This document shows positions 9,257-19,875 of a stretch of 64,000 nt of DNA, in pieces. Under the pieces are notes generated by a model. It did not search any database. It was not told the origin of the DNA and saw nothing but the letters and a program-made list of their open reading frames with translations. Made by a program: the position numbers and the translations under genes. The stretch lies in the NCBI GenBank assembly GCA_965223905.1, contig CBDCXV010000010.1:1216001-1280000 (forward strand), read 5' to 3'. Within the stretch, counting starts at the first letter, position 1; the number at the start of each line of letters is the position of its first letter. The DNA is from Candidatus Latescibacterota bacterium (GTDB taxonomy: Bacteria > Latescibacterota > UBA2968 > UBA8231).

Positions 9257-10555
9257 ATGAAACCACTCGATGTAGTCTACCTCCATTCCCACGATACGGG
9301 CCGCTACGTGCAGCCCTACGGATACGCGGTGCCGACCCCGTCCATACAGGAACTCGCCGAACAGGGTCTGCTGTTCCGGAGCGCCTTCTGTGCGGCTCCG
9401 ACCTGCTCGCCGAGCCGGGCGGCGCTGTTGACGGGCGAGTGGGCCCACTGCGTTGGCATGCTGGGCCTGGCGCACCGCGGCTTCTCGCTGGCGGATCCCC
9501 GCCGGCATCTGGCGCGCGTACTGGCGGATGCGGGGTACCACACCGTTCTCGCCGGTGTCCAGCACGTGGGCACCGACGATGCGGAGCTGGGGTACCTCCA
9601 GGTGCTCGATACGGACTCGAACCGCGCCTCCGAAGTGGCCCCGGCCGCCGCGGAGTTCCTGGGAAACCCTCTCCCCCGCGGCCCGTTCTTCCTCGACGTC
9701 GGGTTTTTCGAGACCCACCTCGCTTTTCCCGAGCCCCGGGACGACGGCCGTCACTGCCGGCCCCCGGCGCCGCTGCCCGACGCTCCCGAGGTGCGCGCCG
9801 ACATGGCGGGGTTCAGGGAGAGCGCCCGGCTCCTCGACGATGGCGTCGGGATCGTCCTCGATGCCCTGGAGAGGAGCAGCCGCGGCCGTGAGACCCTCGT
9901 GGTCTTCACGACGGACCACGGCCTTCCTCTCCCGGGGATGAAGTGCAATCTCACCGACCACGGCATCGGGGTGATGCTCGTCATGCGCGGTCCGGGAGGC
10001 TTCGAAGGGGGCCGCGCCATCAACGGAATGGTATCCCAGATCGATCTCTTTCCCACGCTCTGCGAGCTGCTCGAAATCGAGGCTCCCGGGTGGCTGCAGG
10101 GCAGGTCGATGATGCCCCTGGTGCGCGGAGAAGCGGAGGAGATCAACGACGCCGTGTTCGCCGAGGTCACCTTCCACGCCGCGTACGAGCCGCAGCGCGC
10201 CGTGCGCACCCGGCGGTGGAAGTACATCCGGCGCTTCGAGGACCGCGAAGGACCGGTGCTGCCCAACTGCGACGACAGCCGCAGCAAGCAGTACCTGCTC
10301 GAGCGCGGCTGGAGGGAGCGGGCGCCGGAGCCGGAGCAGCTGTACGACCTGGCGTTCGACCCGAACGAGGCGCGCAACCTCGCGGCCGATCCCGGCAGGG
10401 CCGGGGTTCTGGGCATGATGCGCCGGCGCCTGGACAGGTGGAAGAAAGAGACCGGCGATCCACTGCTGTCCGGGCCGGTACGCGCCCCGGCCGGCGCCAG
10501 AATCAACGACGTAGACGGGCTGTCGCCGCGCGAGAAACCGCGGCCGATCGAATAG
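9257..10555 (+). CDS. sulfatase (formylglycine-dependent)
   Basis: CSPSR..LLTG signature, TTDHG, QLYDLAFDPNE. Confidence 0.92.
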   Translation: MKPLDVVYLHSHDTGRYVQPYGYAVPTPSIQELAEQGLLFRSAFCAAPTCSPSRAALLTGEWAHCVGMLGLAHRGFSLADPRRHLARVLADAGYHTVLAGVQHVGTDDAELGYLQVLDTDSNRASEVAPAAAEFLGNPLPRGPFFLDVGFFETHLAFPEPRDDGRHCRPPAPLPDAPEVRADMAGFRESARLLDDGVGIVLDALERSSRGRETLVVFTTDHGLPLPGMKCNLTDHGIGVMLVMRGPGGFEGGRAINGMVSQIDLFPTLCELLEIEAPGWLQGRSMMPLVRGEAEEINDAVFAEVTFHAAYEPQRAVRTRRWKYIRRFEDREGPVLPNCDDSRSKQYLLERGWRERAPEPEQLYDLAFDPNEARNLAADPGRAGVLGMMRRRLDRWKKETGDPLLSGPVRAPAGARINDVDGLSPREKPRPIE

Positions 10556-10691
10556 CGTATCCGGGCCGCCATCCCGCTTCTTCCGGGAAAACCCCTGGTG
10601 CGGTCGGCGCACGGCAGATCGGGATTCCCGGGTGGACGCCGTCGATTCCGAGCGCTTGAAAACCCCCTTGCATCAGTGTACCGTTCCTGCC

Positions 10692-11498
10692 ATGACGGAA
10701 ACGCGACCTACTGACTGCGAGCGGGGCTTCTTCGATTCGAAGGGGTACCTGCAGCTCGACTCGTTTCTGCCAGCGGCCCTGGTCGAAAGGCTCGCGGATC
10801 GGCTGGCCGCGGTGATGGAACGGCGCGCCGTCCTCGAGCGCGAGGGCGCCCCCCCGAACAGCCCGGGAAAGCGGATCGCCATCGAGGGGGCGGACCGGCG
10901 CATCTTCCACATCCTCGACGACGATCCGGAGTTCCTCGAGCTCGTCGACTACGGCGCCATCATGCCGTACGTGCGCACCCTGCTTCACGAGGAGGCCCAC
11001 TTCCACGCCTCCGACGCCATCTGGGAACAGGGGGTCTGCGAGCGCGAGCCGGGGTGGCACATCGACGGCGCCGACCGCGGCTACCGCAGCCTGCGTCCGC
11101 GGATTCCGCTCCTTCAGCTGAAGATTGGCTACATCCTGTCGGACATGACCCAACCGGATCAAGGGAACCTGGTGATCGTCCCGGGATCGCACCGCGACGA
11201 CGACGAGCCGGGCCCGGAGCAGCTGTCGGGATTCGATACGCTTCCAGGGGCGGTGCAGGTCTGCGGTCCTCCGGGCACCGCGGTCCTGTTTCACAACGCC
11301 CTGTGGCACTCCCGCGGCCCCAAGCGGCGACCCGGCGGCAGGCGCATCATGCTGTACTACGCCTACGAGGTCCCCTGGATCATGGGCAATCCCGAACACT
11401 GGAGCTACCCGCCCGGGTTCTACAACGCCCTCTCCCCGGAGCGCCGCAAGCTGTTCCACGGGTTTGTCTTCGATCCCCCGGAATACCGCTTCGCCTGA
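10692..11498 (+). CDS. phytanoyl-CoA dioxygenase family protein
   Basis: WHID, VPGSH and LWHS 2OG-Fe(II) motifs. Confidence 0.85.
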   Translation: MTETRPTDCERGFFDSKGYLQLDSFLPAALVERLADRLAAVMERRAVLEREGAPPNSPGKRIAIEGADRRIFHILDDDPEFLELVDYGAIMPYVRTLLHEEAHFHASDAIWEQGVCEREPGWHIDGADRGYRSLRPRIPLLQLKIGYILSDMTQPDQGNLVIVPGSHRDDDEPGPEQLSGFDTLPGAVQVCGPPGTAVLFHNALWHSRGPKRRPGGRRIMLYYAYEVPWIMGNPEHWSYPPGFYNALSPERRKLFHGFVFDPPEYRFA

Positions 11499-11785
11499 GC
11501 GAGGTTCCGCGGGGTGCGCCTCCGATGGCTGGCACAGCGAGCGGCCAGGCACCCCGACCAGCCAGGCACTCTGCAACTCGGCTTTGCCTGAGGGAGGTAC
11601 CGGAGGTCCCCTTCGTGGGCTTCCTCGGCCGGGCACCAGGCAGAAACTCACTCCGACCGACCTGTCGGCACTCTTCAACTACTGCGAATCCATTCTCGAC
11701 ACCGATTGATTCGCAGCAGCACCCCTGCCCGAAACCTCCGGCGGCAAGCAGTGGAACTCTGACCATGCGCCGCCGCGGCAGATCG

Positions 11786-12646
11786 TCACCGGCCGCCGCG
11801 GTATCCGCCCTCCAGCCGGCCGCGCATGCGCTCGAAGCGGTCGGCACCGCGCCGCCCACCCGGATCGCCGGCCCTGGTGATCCGCCTCTCGATGTCGCGG
11901 ATGCGCTCCGCGGTCGCCGGGTGGGTGGACATCAGCTTTCCGAAATACCCCGGGCGCCGGCCTGCTTCAGCTTCGCGGAGCTTGGTGAAAAAGGTGATTA
12001 TACCCCGGGGATCGTACCCTGCGGCGATGGTGTAGGCGACGCCGTAGCGGTCGGCTTGCCGCTCGTCATCCCTGCTGAATCGGGCCATCCCGCCGGCCTC
12101 GAGGATGTCGGCCGTCAGCTCGGCGAGAAGCGCCGGGTTTTCCCCCAGGGCAATCGCCGCCAACAGCTGCAGGCCGAAGCGAGTCGCCAGCTGGTTGGCC
12201 GAGTGCCTCCCGACCACGTGGCCGATCTCGTGCGCGAGCACGCCTGCCACCTCGGCCTCGTTCTCCGCGAACAGCAGCAGGCCGGAGTAGAAGTAGATGA
12301 ACCCCCCGGGAAGGGCGAAGGCGTTGACTTGGCGGGGGTCGTCGAGGACGCGGATGCGGTAGCGGATCCCCGGCCGGTCGCGATGGCTGGCGAGGATGAG
12401 GGGCCGGCCGATCTCGGCGACGTAGCGCTGGATCTCGCGGTCGCGCAGGACCGGCTGCTCCGCTTCGATCTGCCGGGAGAGCTTGCGTCCGAGCTCGATT
12501 TCCGTTTCCGGGGGGACCAGGCTCCTCCCCAGTTGCTGGCGCACCGCGGCGCAACCGCTCAGGGCGACGAGCAGCACCAGCAGGGAGGGGGTGCCGAGGC
12601 GGCGCCGGCCGGCGGCACCTGCTACGGATCTGGAAAGGAAGGGCAT
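11786..12646 (-). CDS. M48 family metallopeptidase, probable lipoprotein
   Basis: LSGC lipobox, NAFALPGG, HEIGH, ERQAD, STHP. Confidence 0.9.
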   Translation of the reverse strand: MPFLSRSVAGAAGRRRLGTPSLLVLLVALSGCAAVRQQLGRSLVPPETEIELGRKLSRQIEAEQPVLRDREIQRYVAEIGRPLILASHRDRPGIRYRIRVLDDPRQVNAFALPGGFIYFYSGLLLFAENEAEVAGVLAHEIGHVVGRHSANQLATRFGLQLLAAIALGENPALLAELTADILEAGGMARFSRDDERQADRYGVAYTIAAGYDPRGIITFFTKLREAEAGRRPGYFGKLMSTHPATAERIRDIERRITRAGDPGGRRGADRFERMRGRLEGGYRGGR

Positions 12647-12741
12647 GGCGTTACTCGTGGGACGGATTTGGGCTCATTTCCGGAGTGGCGTCCATTTCGT
12701 GCGGAACCGCCTCGCAAGGCCCATGGGCGAGGCGCCGGCTC

Positions 12742-14462
12742 CTACACGAACGGGCGCGGACCGACGGCGCCGGAACAGCCTACCAGCACGTCGAGATCGA
12801 CGCCGCGGTCCGCCTGCAGCACGTGGTCGAGGTAGATGCCGACGTAGCCGCGGTCGGCTCGCGGCGGCGGCGGTTGCCAGCGTTGCCTCCGCCGCTCCAG
12901 CTCGGCCGCGGAGACGTCGAGATCGAGTCTCCTGCCGGGCACGTCGAGCTCGATCATGTCGCCGTCCTCCACCAGCGCCAGCGGCCCTCCCACCGCGGCT
13001 TCGGGAGCGACGTGCAGGACGATGGTGCCGAAAGCGGTGCCGCTCATGCGCCCGTCCGAGATGCAGACCATGTCGCGCACCCCTTTTTGCAGCAGCTTCC
13101 GGGGCAGGCCGAACTTGCCGAACTCCGGCATGCCGGGGAATCCCTTGGGGCCGATTCCCTTCAGGACAAGGACGCAGTCCTCGTCGACGTCGAGGTCCGG
13201 GTCGTCGACCCGGACCCGGTGGTCCTCGAGGCTCTCGAAGACCACGGCGCGGCCGCGGTGGCGCATGCGTTCCGGCGAGGCGGCCGACGGCTTGATCACC
13301 GCGCCGCCGGGACAGAGGTTGCCCCCCAGCACGGCGATGCCGGCTTCCTCCTGGAAGGGGGCGTCGACGGAGGCGATGACTTCCCGGTTGTAGCACTCTG
13401 CGTCAGCGACGTTCTCCCCGAGGCTCGCCCCCGACCCGGTCAGGCAGTCGGCGTGGAGCTGCCCCGACAGCTCTCCCAAAACCGCCGGGAGCCCCCCGGC
13501 GTAGTAGAAGCCCTCCATCAGGTGGTCGCCCGAAGGCATCAGGTTGACCAGCAGCGGCATGCCGCTGCCGAGACTATCGAAGTCGTCGAGCTCCAGCGGC
13601 AGTCCCAGGCGGCCGGCGATCGCCAGCAGGTGGACGACGAAGTTCGTCGATCCCCCGATGGCGGCGTTCACCCTGATGGCGTTCTCCAGCGACTTCCGCG
13701 ACACGATGTCCGACGGCCGCACCCCTTCCCGCACCAGCTCGACGATGCGGTTGCCGGCGCGGTGGGCGAGGTTCCTGCGGCGCGCGTCGGAGGCGGGGAT
13801 GGCCGCCCCGGCCGGCAGGGTCAGTCCCAGGGTCTCGACCATGCAGGCCATGGTCGAGGCGGTCCCCATGGTCATGCAGTGGCCGTCGCTGCGCGTCATG
13901 CAGCCCTCCGCCTCGAGGAACTCCTCCTCGCTGATACTGCCGGCGCGGAACTCGGTGTGGAAGCGGTGGACATCGGTGCCGGAGCCGATGTTGCGGCCGC
14001 GGTACTTGCCGGTCAGCATCGGTCCCCCGGTGACCACCATGGTCGGCAGATCGACGCTGCAGGCCCCCATCAGCGCTCCCGGGGTGGTCTTGTCGCACCC
14101 GGTGAGCAGGAGGACGCCGTCGATCGGGTTGGCGCGGATCGACTCCTCGACGTCCATGCTCAGCAGGTTGCGGTAGAGCATCGTCGTCGGCCGCATCAGG
14201 GTTTCCCCCAGCGACATTACCGGAAATTCCAGGGGAACCCCCCCCCCGCCTCGTACACGCCGCGCTTCGCCGACTCGGCGAGGATGCGCAGGTGGGCGTT
14301 GCAGGGATTGAGGTCGGACCAGGTGTTGCAGATGCCGATGACGGGTTTGCCGTCGAACATCTGCTGAGGGTGCCCGCGGCCCTTGAGCCAGCTGCGGCTG
14401 ACGAAACCGTGATGGGTGACCGGTGCGAACCAGTCGGCGCTTCTCAGTGGGGCTTTGTTCAT
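12742..14462 (-). CDS. IlvD/Edd family dehydratase, probably a sugar-acid (arabinonate-type) dehydratase; frameshift at a G10 run (14238-14247)
   Basis: NTWSDLNPCNAH, GCDKTTP, CMTMGTAST, GGSTN, DGRMSGT; the two ORFs join across the homopolymer. Confidence 0.85.
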
Positions 14463-14670
14463 TCGAAGGTGATGGTGATTTTTCGGCGGGAGGGACGAGA
14501 TCGGCATCTCTGCCCGATTACAGAGGGCGCAAAGGAAACCCATCCTCCGGGGGGCGGCAATCTTGACTTCGCCCGTGACCCTGCCTTACTGATATGGCGA
14601 TTCGTTGCCGACCGGTGGCGACGGACCGTGAGACCGTTCGCGATTGTTCCGCGGACCCGGGAAAGGGAAA

Positions 14671-15318
14671 ATGAGAAAGGCGCTGATCGTATCGGGGGGT
14701 TGGGAGGGCCACCAACCCCGGCAGTGTACGGAGATCTGGGCACCCATCCTCGAGGAGGAGGGGTTCGAGGTCACGGTTTCGGAATCGCTTTCCATCTACC
14801 TCGACGATGATTTCATGCGAGGGTTGAGCCTGATCGTTCCGATCTGGACGATGGGCCGGATCGAGGGCGACGAGGAGAAGGGCCTGCTCGACGCCATCCA
14901 CGGCGGCGTCGGGGTCGCCGGCTGGCACGGCGGCATGGCGGACGCTTTCAGGAACAACTGCACCTACCAGTTCATGGTCGGCGGCCAGTTCATCGCTCAC
15001 CCGGACGGCATCATCGACTACCAGGTCGACATCTGCCGACCGGAGGATCCGATCGTCAGCGGTCTGGGCAGCTTCTCGATGCACTCGGAGCAGTACTACA
15101 TGCACGTCGATCCCGGGAACGAGGTGCTGGCGACGACGACCGTCGGCCCGCGGCGAAGCGCGCCGTGGGTGGAAGGCACGGTCATGCCGGTGGTATGGAA
15201 GCGCCGCTGGGGAGAGGGCAGGGTGTTCTATTCGTCGCTGGGGCACGTGGCAGCCGACTTCGACGTGCCGGAAGCCAGGGAGATCCAGCGCCGCGGCTGC
15301 GTGTGGGCGGCGCGCTGA
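14671..15318 (+). CDS. ThuA-like (class I glutamine amidotransferase fold) protein
   Basis: [31 protein letters not shown]. Confidence 0.85.
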   Translation: MRKALIVSGGWEGHQPRQCTEIWAPILEEEGFEVTVSESLSIYLDDDFMRGLSLIVPIWTMGRIEGDEEKGLLDAIHGGVGVAGWHGGMADAFRNNCTYQFMVGGQFIAHPDGIIDYQVDICRPEDPIVSGLGSFSMHSEQYYMHVDPGNEVLATTTVGPRRSAPWVEGTVMPVVWKRRWGEGRVFYSSLGHVAADFDVPEAREIQRRGCVWAAR

Positions 15319-15493
15319 CTCCGGGCTTGTCTTGAGGTTCATAGAAACTCCGCGAACAGGCAGGGCAACGGGAGCGGAGGCATTCCCCTCCGCAGGCCTC
15401 GCTGTGCGCCGGTGCAGGTGGGGATGGTGCCGGCCGCCGCATGCTGGTGCGGCCTGTCGACAAGGCGCAGGAGATCCGGGAGAATGAGACGAC

Positions 15494-16234
15494 ATGCAGG
15501 GTAGCGGGCCGAGAAAAAGGGTTCTGATCACGGGGGCGGCCGGCCGCATCGGCCAGGTGCTGCGCGGCGGCCTTAGAGACCGTTACAGCCTGCGCCTGAT
15601 GTATCACCGGACTGTGCTGCCCGCGGCCCCAGGGGAAGAGGTCTGCCGGGGGAAGATCACCGACCTCGCCTTCGTCGAGTCCGCGGTCGCCGGCATGGAC
15701 GCCATCGTCCACCTCGCCGGCAACCCCAACGTGCCGGCGACCTGGGAAGAAGTGCTCGAGGCCAACATCAAGGGCACCTACTGCCTCTACGAAGCCGCCC
15801 GCCTCCAGGGGGTGAAGCGGGTGGTGTTCGCCAGCACCAACCACGTGACGGGGTTCTACGAGCAGGAGGGCGTATACACCAGGCCGGAGATGCCGGCGCG
15901 CCCCGACAGCTACTACGGGGTCAGCAAGGCGTTCGGGGAAGACCTGGGGCAGTACTACGTCGACGAGTTCGGCATCGAGGTGATCAGCCTGCGCATCGGC
16001 TCGTTCCAGCCGGAAAAATCGGTTACCGGGCGCGACGGCGACCGCATCCTGTCGACCTGGTTGAGCCACCGCGATTGCGTGCAGCTGGTGTGGCGGAGCA
16101 TCGAGGCGGAGGTCAGCTCCGGGATCTACTACGGCATCTCGGGGAACACCCGGGCCTGCTGGGACATCTCCAACGCCCGCTCTGAGCTCGGGTACGATCC
16201 GGAGGACGACGCCGAGCGACTGGCCGGCGGCTGA
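15494..16234 (+). CDS. NAD-dependent epimerase/dehydratase, uronate dehydrogenase-like
   Basis: TGAAGRIG, ASTNH, YGVSK, LRIGS, STWLS. Confidence 0.8.
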   Translation: MQGSGPRKRVLITGAAGRIGQVLRGGLRDRYSLRLMYHRTVLPAAPGEEVCRGKITDLAFVESAVAGMDAIVHLAGNPNVPATWEEVLEANIKGTYCLYEAARLQGVKRVVFASTNHVTGFYEQEGVYTRPEMPARPDSYYGVSKAFGEDLGQYYVDEFGIEVISLRIGSFQPEKSVTGRDGDRILSTWLSHRDCVQLVWRSIEAEVSSGIYYGISGNTRACWDISNARSELGYDPEDDAERLAGG

Positions 16235-16298
16235 AGAGCCGTCCGGATCCGGGTTCCGCGGCCCTCGCCGCCTGACTCCGCTCGCGCCGCCGCGGCGC

Positions 16299-16457
16299 TC
16301 ATTTCCCCCGGGACTTCGGAGGGCGCCGCCACCGGCCGGCGTCGAAAATGAAGACCAGGGTGCGCACCACGTCGCGCAGAATGAAGCAGGCGACGAGCAG
16401 GGTGACGATCGATATCAACCGCCGGTCGAGCAGTATGTCCAGGATCTCTTCGATCAC
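16299..16457 (-). CDS. small single-pass membrane protein (about 52 aa)
   Basis: GTG start after GAGG; hydrophobic ISIVTLLVACFIL followed by a basic tail. Confidence 0.45.
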   Translation of the reverse strand: MIEEILDILLDRRLISIVTLLVACFILRDVVRTLVFIFDAGRWRRPPKSRGK

Positions 16458-16618
16458 GTCGTCCTCGGCTCGGCAGGGCCGGCTGGTCCTTGCCGCTATC
16501 CTGATATAGGCAGCGCAAAGCCGGTCTGCAAGCAGGTTCGCCGGTCCCGGAAGCAGCTTTGACACCCCCGCGAGCTGCAGGATATCTTGCCGGCCCCACT
16601 TCCACCGGAGAGAATCGA

Positions 16619-17347
16619 ATGTCGAAAACAGGACTGAGCAGCGAGGACCTCGAGCTGCTGTGCAAGTACGATACCCCGACCATCTGCAACGCCATCGAGC
16701 TGTTCCAGGTCAGGCCCCGGGACGCCGGCTACACCGACTCCCGCATCCAGGCATGCTACCCGGAGATGCCCCCCATGGTCGGGTACGCCAGCACCGTGAC
16801 GATGCGCGCCTCCGCCCCGGCGCAGGGGGACGTCTATTCCACCATGGACAGGCAGGTGGCCTCGTTTTCCGAGGTCCCCGGACCGCCGGTGGTCGTCTTC
16901 CAGGACCTCGACAGCCCGTCGGTGGCGGCGACCTTCGGCGAGGTGATGTGCTCCGCCTACCAGACCTTCGGCGCCGTCGGCCTGGTCACAAGCGGCACCG
17001 GCCGCGACCTCGACCAGGTGCGCGAACTCGGTTTTCCCGCCTTCACCAACGGCGCCATCGCCTCCCACGGGTACAACCACATGGTCGATCTCGGGCGCAC
17101 CGTTCACGTCGGCGGGATCGCCATCTTTCCGGGGGATCTCCTGCACGGCGACTGCAACGGCGTCGCCGTCGTTCCCAACGATATCGCCAGCGACGTCGCC
17201 CACGTCTGCGAGGAGTTCGTCGCCGCCGAGCAGGTCATCCTCGATTACCTGAAGACGGATGACCCGACGCCGGCAGGCCTCGCTGAAGCGCGGGCCGAGT
17301 CCTCCCGCCTGATATCCGCCCTCGGGGAGCGCGTCCGCGGGAAGTAA
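16619..17347 (+). CDS. RraA/HMG-CHA aldolase-like family protein
   Basis: DTPTICNAIE, GYASTV, FGEVM, GRDL, PGDLLHGDCNGV. Confidence 0.85.
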   Translation: MSKTGLSSEDLELLCKYDTPTICNAIELFQVRPRDAGYTDSRIQACYPEMPPMVGYASTVTMRASAPAQGDVYSTMDRQVASFSEVPGPPVVVFQDLDSPSVAATFGEVMCSAYQTFGAVGLVTSGTGRDLDQVRELGFPAFTNGAIASHGYNHMVDLGRTVHVGGIAIFPGDLLHGDCNGVAVVPNDIASDVAHVCEEFVAAEQVILDYLKTDDPTPAGLAEARAESSRLISALGERVRGK

Positions 17348-17403
17348 ACCCCCTCCTCTCGTCAGGCTGGTCCCCCACCTTGGGAACGGTTCGTCCCGGA
17401 CCA

Positions 17404-17601
17404 TCAATACGATCCATCCCCTTGCGGCTGGTAGGCGTCGCAGGCAACTACCGGAAGCCGGGGGTATTTCGGGAAGCGCGCGTCGCGCTCGGAGACCAGG
17501 CAGAGGTAGAAGCGGGTGTTGCGGGCAGCGACGACGCGGCAGTGACGGCAATCCCCGCAGAGTCCCGGATCGATCGGCGGAGTTTTCTCACGACCGGCCA
17601 T
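17404..17601 (-). CDS. small cysteine-rich hypothetical protein (65 aa)
   Basis: GLCGDCRHC...FYLC...FPKYPRLPVVAC; GGAG RBS upstream. Confidence 0.6.
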   Translation of the reverse strand: MAGREKTPPIDPGLCGDCRHCRVVAARNTRFYLCLVSERDARFPKYPRLPVVACDAYQPQGDGSY

Positions 17602-17738
17602 GGCGTCAGCTCCCGGGGCGGAATGTCTTCGGGGACGGCGGCAGGCCTGGTACTTCAGCGGCCCCAATGCCACCCTGCCGAGCCCCTGTCATCCCGGCCA
17701 TGTGCCCGTCGGCAGTGCCTCCGCGACGGGCAAGGCAG

Positions 17739-18596
17739 TCAGTTCATCACCGCCAGCCGCGACTGCAGCAGGGCGATGTCGTTGGCGATGGTCCCGGCGT
17801 CTTCCGCTCCGGGCGCCCGGCGCAGGTACTCGTCCAGACAGGAGAGGGCGCGGTGAAAGGCTCCGAGCCGGCAGTAGAGATATCCGAGATCGCGAAGGTC
17901 GGAGGCGGTCTCCGGCTGCAGCCAGAGGATCCTCTCGCCGGCGCTGACGGCGTGCTCGAACTCCTCGCGGCCGGCGTGAATCTGCCTGAGGTTGCGCAGC
18001 ATGCGGGCGAATATCTGCGCCGGGGCCGCCTCGGCAAGGAACCTGTCGTCGAGCCCGGCACCCTTTCCCGTCATCCGCGCCAGCATCCCTTCGAGAGCGT
18101 CCCGGCCGACGACGCGGCCGCCGCTGAAGGGGTCGACGAAAACCGGGTCGGGAACAGCCGCGCACCTGACGAGGAAGTGTCCGGGGAAGTTGACCCCGGC
18201 CAGGGGAAGGTCCAGCTCGCGGCCCACCGCGATGTAGAGGATGGAAAGGGTTATCGGGATCCCCAGGCGGCGGTCGAGGACGTCGTTGAGGTAGCTGTTG
18301 CGCGGGTCATCGTAGCGGTCGGCATTGCCGCGAAATCCCTGCTCGACGGCGAGAAAACGGCTCAGTTCGCGCACGGCTTCATGCCGCCCGCGGCCTTTCA
18401 CACGGGGCTCGACCTCCAGGGCGAGGCCGCGGATACGCTGCAGACAGGAGTCGATGTCGAGGCCGGGGTAGGCGTCGCGGGCGATCAGCAGGGCTCCGAA
18501 AGCGAGGTCGATGTTCTCATCCGGCTGCTGCACCAGGCGGTACAGCGGGTCCGCTGTTGGAGGTTGGTAGAAGTTGCTGGCGCTGGCAGATTCCAC
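17739..18596 (-). CDS. SirB1/transglutaminase-like domain + TPR protein
   Basis: GFRGN..YDDPRNSYLNDVLDRRLGIPITLS, FPGHF, VDPF, C-terminal TPR. Confidence 0.85.
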   Translation of the reverse strand: MESASASNFYQPPTADPLYRLVQQPDENIDLAFGALLIARDAYPGLDIDSCLQRIRGLALEVEPRVKGRGRHEAVRELSRFLAVEQGFRGNADRYDDPRNSYLNDVLDRRLGIPITLSILYIAVGRELDLPLAGVNFPGHFLVRCAAVPDPVFVDPFSGGRVVGRDALEGMLARMTGKGAGLDDRFLAEAAPAQIFARMLRNLRQIHAGREEFEHAVSAGERILWLQPETASDLRDLGYLYCRLGAFHRALSCLDEYLRRAPGAEDAGTIANDIALLQSRLAVMN

Positions 18597-18963
18597 AGGG
18601 TATGTCAGCTCTCCAGGTGTCCGGCGATGCTTCCGCCGGGGCTCGCGCCGAGGCGGGATCTCCGCTGCCGTTCCGGGTCGGCAGTCCGAGTCCCCATGAC
18701 GACCCGCGACCGCTCGCCGCATCCTCGCCGATGCCCGCCGCCCTGCAGGTTCCGCACAGGCTCCGGATTCCACCGGCTCGGTCGCGCTCCCTACATCGGG
18801 AGGCTTCGATGCGGCGAGTCGTTCGGGAAGGCCGCCCGGTATATTATTGGAATCGGACGCCGGGCCCGCCAGAACCGATGTCCGAAGAGCGAAAGAAGGG
18901 GAGGCGCTTCCCTTTTCGAGTATCTGAAACCCGCCCGCCGAAATGGAGCAGGGAAACGGTGAC

Positions 18964-19875
18964 ATGACAGCAGCGATCGCCCTCAATCACGTCGGCAAGC
19001 GTTTCGGCGACAAGGTCGCCGTGGACGATCTCTGTCTCGAGGTCCCGCCGGGGTGCATCTACGGGTTCCTGGGCCCCAACGGGGCGGGCAAGACCACGAC
19101 TCTGCGGATGATCGTCGGGATCTTCTACCCGGACCAGGGCAGCGTCCGCGTTCTGGGGCAGAGCGATCCGGCGGCGGTCAGGGAGCGCATCGGGTACCTC
19201 CCGGAAGAGCGCGGACTCTACGACAGGATGCGCCTCGCCGACCAGATGACCTACTACGGCCGGCTGAAGGGAATGGGCGCGCGGCAGGCCGGCGAGGTCT
19301 CCTCCCGCTTGCTGGTGGAATACGGTCTGGGCGATTGGCAGGAGAAGAAGTGCAACACCCTCTCGAAGGGGATGGCCCAGAAGGTGCAGATCCTCGCCAC
19401 CATCATGCACGGGCCGGACCTCGTCATCCTCGACGAGCCGTTTTCCGGTCTCGACCCGGTCAACCGGGACGTCATGAGGGACCTGATACTGCAGCTGAAG
19501 CGGGACGGCAAGAGCGTGCTGTTCTCCACCCATATCATGGAGCAGGCCGAGCAGATCTGCGATTTCGTGGTCCTGATCGACCGCGGCGCCAAGGTTCTCG
19601 ACGGCAGCCTGTCGTCGGTTCGCGCCGCCGCGGGACAGTCGATCCGTCTCGACTACGACGGCAACGGAAGCTCGTTGGCCCAGATCCCCGGGGTCGAGCG
19701 CGTCAACGACTCGGGCAAGCAGGCGGAGCTGTTTCTCTCCGAGGGAGGAGATTCCCAGGAGGTCCTTGAGGCCCTGATAGCCCACGGCATCCGGGTGCGT
19801 CGATTCGACCTGACCGAGCTCTCCCTGCACGAGATCTTCCTTCGCGCCGTCGGCGGCGAGGGAGCAGCGGCATGA
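18964..19875 (+). CDS. ABC-2 type exporter ATP-binding protein (NatA-like)
   Basis: GPNGAGKTT, LSKGMAQK, ILDEPFSGLDP, STH. Confidence 0.92.
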   Translation: MTAAIALNHVGKRFGDKVAVDDLCLEVPPGCIYGFLGPNGAGKTTTLRMIVGIFYPDQGSVRVLGQSDPAAVRERIGYLPEERGLYDRMRLADQMTYYGRLKGMGARQAGEVSSRLLVEYGLGDWQEKKCNTLSKGMAQKVQILATIMHGPDLVILDEPFSGLDPVNRDVMRDLILQLKRDGKSVLFSTHIMEQAEQICDFVVLIDRGAKVLDGSLSSVRAAAGQSIRLDYDGNGSSLAQIPGVERVNDSGKQAELFLSEGGDSQEVLEALIAHGIRVRRFDLTELSLHEIFLRAVGGEGAAA

